Assembly: GCA_937910695.1 (NCBI GenBank)
Contig: CALEMW010000069.1
Location: 17,933-81,932 of the forward strand
DNA: 64,000 bases
Direction of reading: 5' to 3'
Origin: an uncultured bacterium
Lineage (GTDB): Bacteria; Krumholzibacteriota; Krumholzibacteriia; LZORAL124-64-63
Made by a program: the position numbers and the translations under genes. Each line of letters begins with the position of its first letter. Position 1 is the stretch's first letter. The notes under the pieces are model-generated. The model had not been told where the DNA came from. It saw nothing but the letters and a program-made list of their open reading frames with translations, and did not search any database. This document shows, piece after piece, positions 61,414 through 64,000 of this stretch.

Positions 61414-64000
61414 TCAGCGCACGATCGTCATCCGCTTCACATCCTGATGGCCCGATCCCGTGGTCAGCCGCAGAAAATACACGCCGCCGGGCATGATCCG
61501 GCCATCGTCAGCCCGACCGTCCCAGCTCAGCCTGCTCGATGCCGCAGCACCCGGGCCGGTGGGTAGAACGCACACGCGTCGGCCGGCCACGTCATACACG
61601 ACGATCGACACGTCAGCGCTCTTGTCGGCGAGGGCGTAGTCGATGGCGAAGTGCCCGCTCGAACTCGGATTCGGCGATACGGTCAACGGACGGGCCGCCG
61701 GTGTTTGCTCCTGCTCTGCGCCGGTAATGCTGATCTGCTCTATGGTCAGCACCACGTCGTTCCCCCGCAGCGCCACCCAGGGCAGGATCCCAGGCGGGAA
61801 GGAGTGGCCCGTCACGACGGTCAGCTCGCCGAACACCGACGCCGCCGCCAGGATCACGAAGGTGTCGTCGACAGCAGGTACGAACCCACCAGGAAACGAC
61901 ACGTCGACCTGGCCGGCCAGGGTCGCGTCGCCGATGATGGTCAGCACGTCATACTCGGTCCCGGGAGTGTAGCCGCCGATCTCGACGGACAGCACACCGC
62001 CGGCCTCCTGGGCGAACGTGCCGTCGATGGTCAGTTCGCCGACCGAGACACCGGGGGCGACTGTACCGCCGAGGTTGACGACGTTCCCTACGATCACGCC
62101 GTTACCACCGAGAACGCCGCCGTAAACCAACAAGCTGTCGCCCGTACCCATGGCAAGGGTGCCGTCGACAGTCGTCATACCCGCGGTCTGGACAAAGTCA
62201 TCGTCATCGGTCATGAGCCGTCCGGCGGCGATCTCCACGGTGCCCTGCTGCTCGAAGGGTCCGGTCCACAACCTCAGGCCGCCCGCGCCCTCGACGCGCA
62301 ACTGGCCGGTGTTCACGAAGCCGTCGGCGCTCGGATCGATGTTCAGCATGAAGGTGGGATGGTCGGCGAGGATCGTGCCGCCGTTGTCGAGGCCTAACTG
62401 GTTGTAGCCCAGGTTCACCGCACCATGAATCGTGTTGTCCTGGTTGATCAGGCGACTCCCGTCGACGCTGCCTATAATGGCGTACTGGATCGTGCCGCCG
62501 GTGATCACACCGCCGCTCGTGAGGGTCACCGGGCCACCGGTCGTCCTCAGGTAGGTGTAGGTCGTCACAGAGTCGATGCTGATCGTGTCGGAGTTGGCGA
62601 TGGTTCCCTCGAGATAGAGCGCCCGGGTGTTGGTCACATGCACTCGGGCCTGGCATGTCAGATCGACGAACTTCGGCGATGAAGAGTTGACCACGAATTC
62701 GCCCGTCCCCGAGGACCGCAGGGTGCCGCCTGTGATGATGGGGTTGGCCGCCAATTCGACCTGCGATCCGTCGGCGGCCTCGATCAGACCGCCCGTGTTG
62801 TCGTAATCCGCAGTGTACAGTTGCATCACGGCACCGTACTCGGCCCGCATGACACCCGTGTTGACCAGGCCGTCCGCAGACGGATCGATCTTCAGGGAGT
62901 GGACAGGGTTGTCGGCGACGATGAGACCCGCGTTCTGGATGGCGATCTGGTTGTAGCCCAGATGGACGCTGCCCCGGATGGTATTGTCCGTGTTGACAAG
63001 AGCGCTTCCATCGACGGATCCGATCAGGGCGTACTGTCCGGTGTCGCAGGCGATCACGCCGCCTCCGGTCAGAGTGACCGTCCCTTCAACCGTGCGGAGG
63101 TAGGCATAGGTCGTTGAAGAGTCGATGCTGATCGTGTCGGAGTTGGCGATGCCTCCCTTGAGATAGAGCGATCGGGTGTTGGCCACGTGCACCCGGGCCT
63201 GGCTGGTCAGGTCGGCGATCCGTGCCGACGACGAGTTCGACACGATCACGCCGCTGCCCGATGTCTGCAGAATGCCGCCGGTGACTATCGCGGAAGCGAG
63301 TAGTGAAACTGTCGAACCGTCGATCGCCTCGATCACGCCCCCGGTGTTGTTATAGTCCGCCGCACCCATTTCCAGCAGAGCCCCGTTCTCCGCCCGGATC
63401 AGGCCCGTGTTGGTCATGCCCGAAGAACTCGGATCCAGCCGCAGGGTGAGGAGCGGATCGTCGGCCACGATCATGCCGCCGTTCTCGATGCGCAGCTGGT
63501 TGTACCCCAGATTCATGGCGCCGCGGAATGTATTGTCTACGTTGATTAGCTCGCCTCCGCTCAGACCGCCGACCATGTTGTAGAACGTGCCGGAGTGCGC
63601 GAGTACGGTGCCGCCGCCGGTCAGGCGGATGGGGCCGTCATTGAGGCGCAGATAGGTATAGGTCGTACTCGAGTTGAGGGAGATCACACCGCGGTTTTCG
63701 ATGCCCAATCTGCCGTTCGCCGCCGAGATCGCAAGCATCCTGCTGTTCTCGATGGCGACCTCGTCGTCGGCGTCCACGAAGAGCGAATCGATCACCACGT
63801 TGGCCAGGAGGTTCACGACCACAATGTTGGGGTGATCCAGGATCGCCCAGTAGTAGGTTCCAGCCGTGTTGTCGGGCACCACCATCGGCGACCAGTTCAG
63901 GGAGCTGCCCCAGGTCCCGTCCAGCCCCGAATCCCAGTGCACCTCGACATCGGCGGCGAGGGCCGGCGTGGACAGGTTCACGGCCGCAACGGCCAGCAAG
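61414..64000 (-). CDS. Large repetitive secreted protein with a T9SS C-terminal sorting domain; the 5' end is likely beyond the window.
   Basis: It contains three to four ~183-aa tandem repeats (SSTTYTYLRLNDGPIRLTGGGTV.../SSTTYAYLRTVEGTVTLTGGGVI.../SVTTYTYLRTTGGPVTLTSGGVI...). The C-terminal tail is LTVSPNPSSSGHFAIDYALADKSADVSIVVYDVAGRRVCVL...WDGRADDGRIMPGGVYFLRLTTGSGHQDVKRMTIVR. The track start at 63999 is a TTG artefact at the window edge. Confidence 0.65.
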   Translation of the reverse strand, partial: LLAVAAVNLSTPALAADVEVHWDSGLDGTWGSSLNWSPMVVPDNTAGTYYWAILDHPNIVVVNLLANVVIDSLFVDADDEVAIENSRMLAISAANGRLGIENRGVISLNSSTTYTYLRLNDGPIRLTGGGTVLAHSGTFYNMVGGLSGGELINVDNTFRGAMNLGYNQLRIENGGMIVADDPLLTLRLDPSSSGMTNTGLIRAENGALLEMGAADYNNTGGVIEAIDGSTVSLLASAIVTGGILQTSGSGVIVSNSSSARIADLTSQARVHVANTRSLYLKGGIANSDTISIDSSTTYAYLRTVEGTVTLTGGGVIACDTGQYALIGSVDGSALVNTDNTIRGSVHLGYNQIAIQNAGLIVADNPVHSLKIDPSADGLVNTGVMRAEYGAVMQLYTADYDNTGGLIEAADGSQVELAANPIITGGTLRSSGTGEFVVNSSSPKFVDLTCQARVHVTNTRALYLEGTIANSDTISIDSVTTYTYLRTTGGPVTLTSGGVITGGTIQYAIIGSVDGSRLINQDNTIHGAVNLGYNQLGLDNGGTILADHPTFMLNIDPSADGFVNTGQLRVEGAGGLRLWTGPFEQQGTVEIAAGRLMTDDDDFVQTAGMTTVDGTLAMGTGDSLLVYGGVLGGNGVIVGNVVNLGGTVAPGVSVGELTIDGTFAQEAGGVLSVEIGGYTPGTEYDVLTIIGDATLAGQVDVSFPGGFVPAVDDTFVILAAASVFGELTVVTGHSFPPGILPWVALRGNDVVLTIEQISITGAEQEQTPAARPLTVSPNPSSSGHFAIDYALADKSADVSIVVYDVAGRRVCVLPTGPGAAASSRLSWDGRADDGRIMPGGVYFLRLTTGSGHQDVKRMTIVR
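62020..63700. repeat. Intragenic tandem repeats with a 549-bp period.
   Basis: agagtcgatgctgatcgtgtcggagttggcgatg... recurs at 62569 and 63118, exactly 549 nt apart. More diverged copies lie on either side. The repeats encode the ~183-aa protein repeats of the T9SS surface protein. Confidence 0.6.

Noticed and set aside
1-64000. CRISPR arrays, rRNA/tRNA genes, transposases or integrases.
   Set aside because: No regularly spaced direct repeats, no rRNA- or tRNA-like sequences, and no transposase or integrase-like ORFs were seen. The only mobile-element-like gene is the solitary HNH endonuclease.

Overview
This is a high-GC (~65%) chromosomal segment from a bacterium that uses Por/T9SS-type C-terminal sorting domains. 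Four secreted proteins carry that tail, which points to an FCB-group-like or candidate-phylum organism. About 50 genes are packed with frequent ATGA start/stop overlaps. No rRNA, tRNA, CRISPR array or classical transposon was found.

Identified genes, in order:
- **Respiration:** nuoD (partial)-nuoC-nuoB-nuoA.
- **Uptake and sensing:** a TonB-dependent receptor and a heme-sensor hybrid histidine kinase.
- **Envelope pair:** a putative porin followed by a secreted FMN-binding protein.
- **Secreted peptidases and a cytochrome:** a gingipain-like C25 peptidase, an M6 metalloprotease and a hexaheme c-type cytochrome, all with T9SS tails.
- **Tight four-gene operon:** C69 dipeptidase, amidohydrolase, an RluA-RlmI fusion, and MmuM.
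- **Cytochrome cluster:** a monoheme cytochrome c, a coiled-coil beta-barrel and an octaheme cytochrome.
- **Metabolism and transport:** GH31 glycosidase, mntP, a saccharopine dehydrogenase-like gene and a sodium:solute symporter.
- **Stress and small-molecule genes:** msrA, a hemolysin-III channel and a cysQ-like gene.
- **Signalling:** a Bacteroides-style hybrid two-component sensor, and a cyclic-nucleotide module of a CHASE2 cyclase, an MBL-fold hydrolase and a cNMP-gated MscS channel.
- **Other membrane proteins:** an SLC12 transporter and a second MscS channel.
- **Window end:** a repeat-rich T9SS surface protein that runs off the end.

The most notable observation is that two adjacent ORFs are one reading frame separated by a single TGA. 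Read through, they give a lipoprotein of the AhpC/TSA-redoxin fold with a U-G-Y-C redox motif. A 17-nt hairpin sits 11 nt downstream of that TGA, matching bacterial SECIS geometry. This is a strong selenoprotein candidate.

Other leads, detailed in the findings:
- a porin-cytochrome-like extracellular electron transfer cluster
- a T9SS-exported multiheme cytochrome
- a pseudouridine-synthase/methyltransferase fusion with a catalytic Asp-to-Glu substitution
- a perfect 27-bp inverted repeat abutting a stop codon
- G/C homopolymer tracts of 7-9 nt at four intergenic sites
- a small RBS- and terminator-equipped ORF flanked by short inverted and direct repeats
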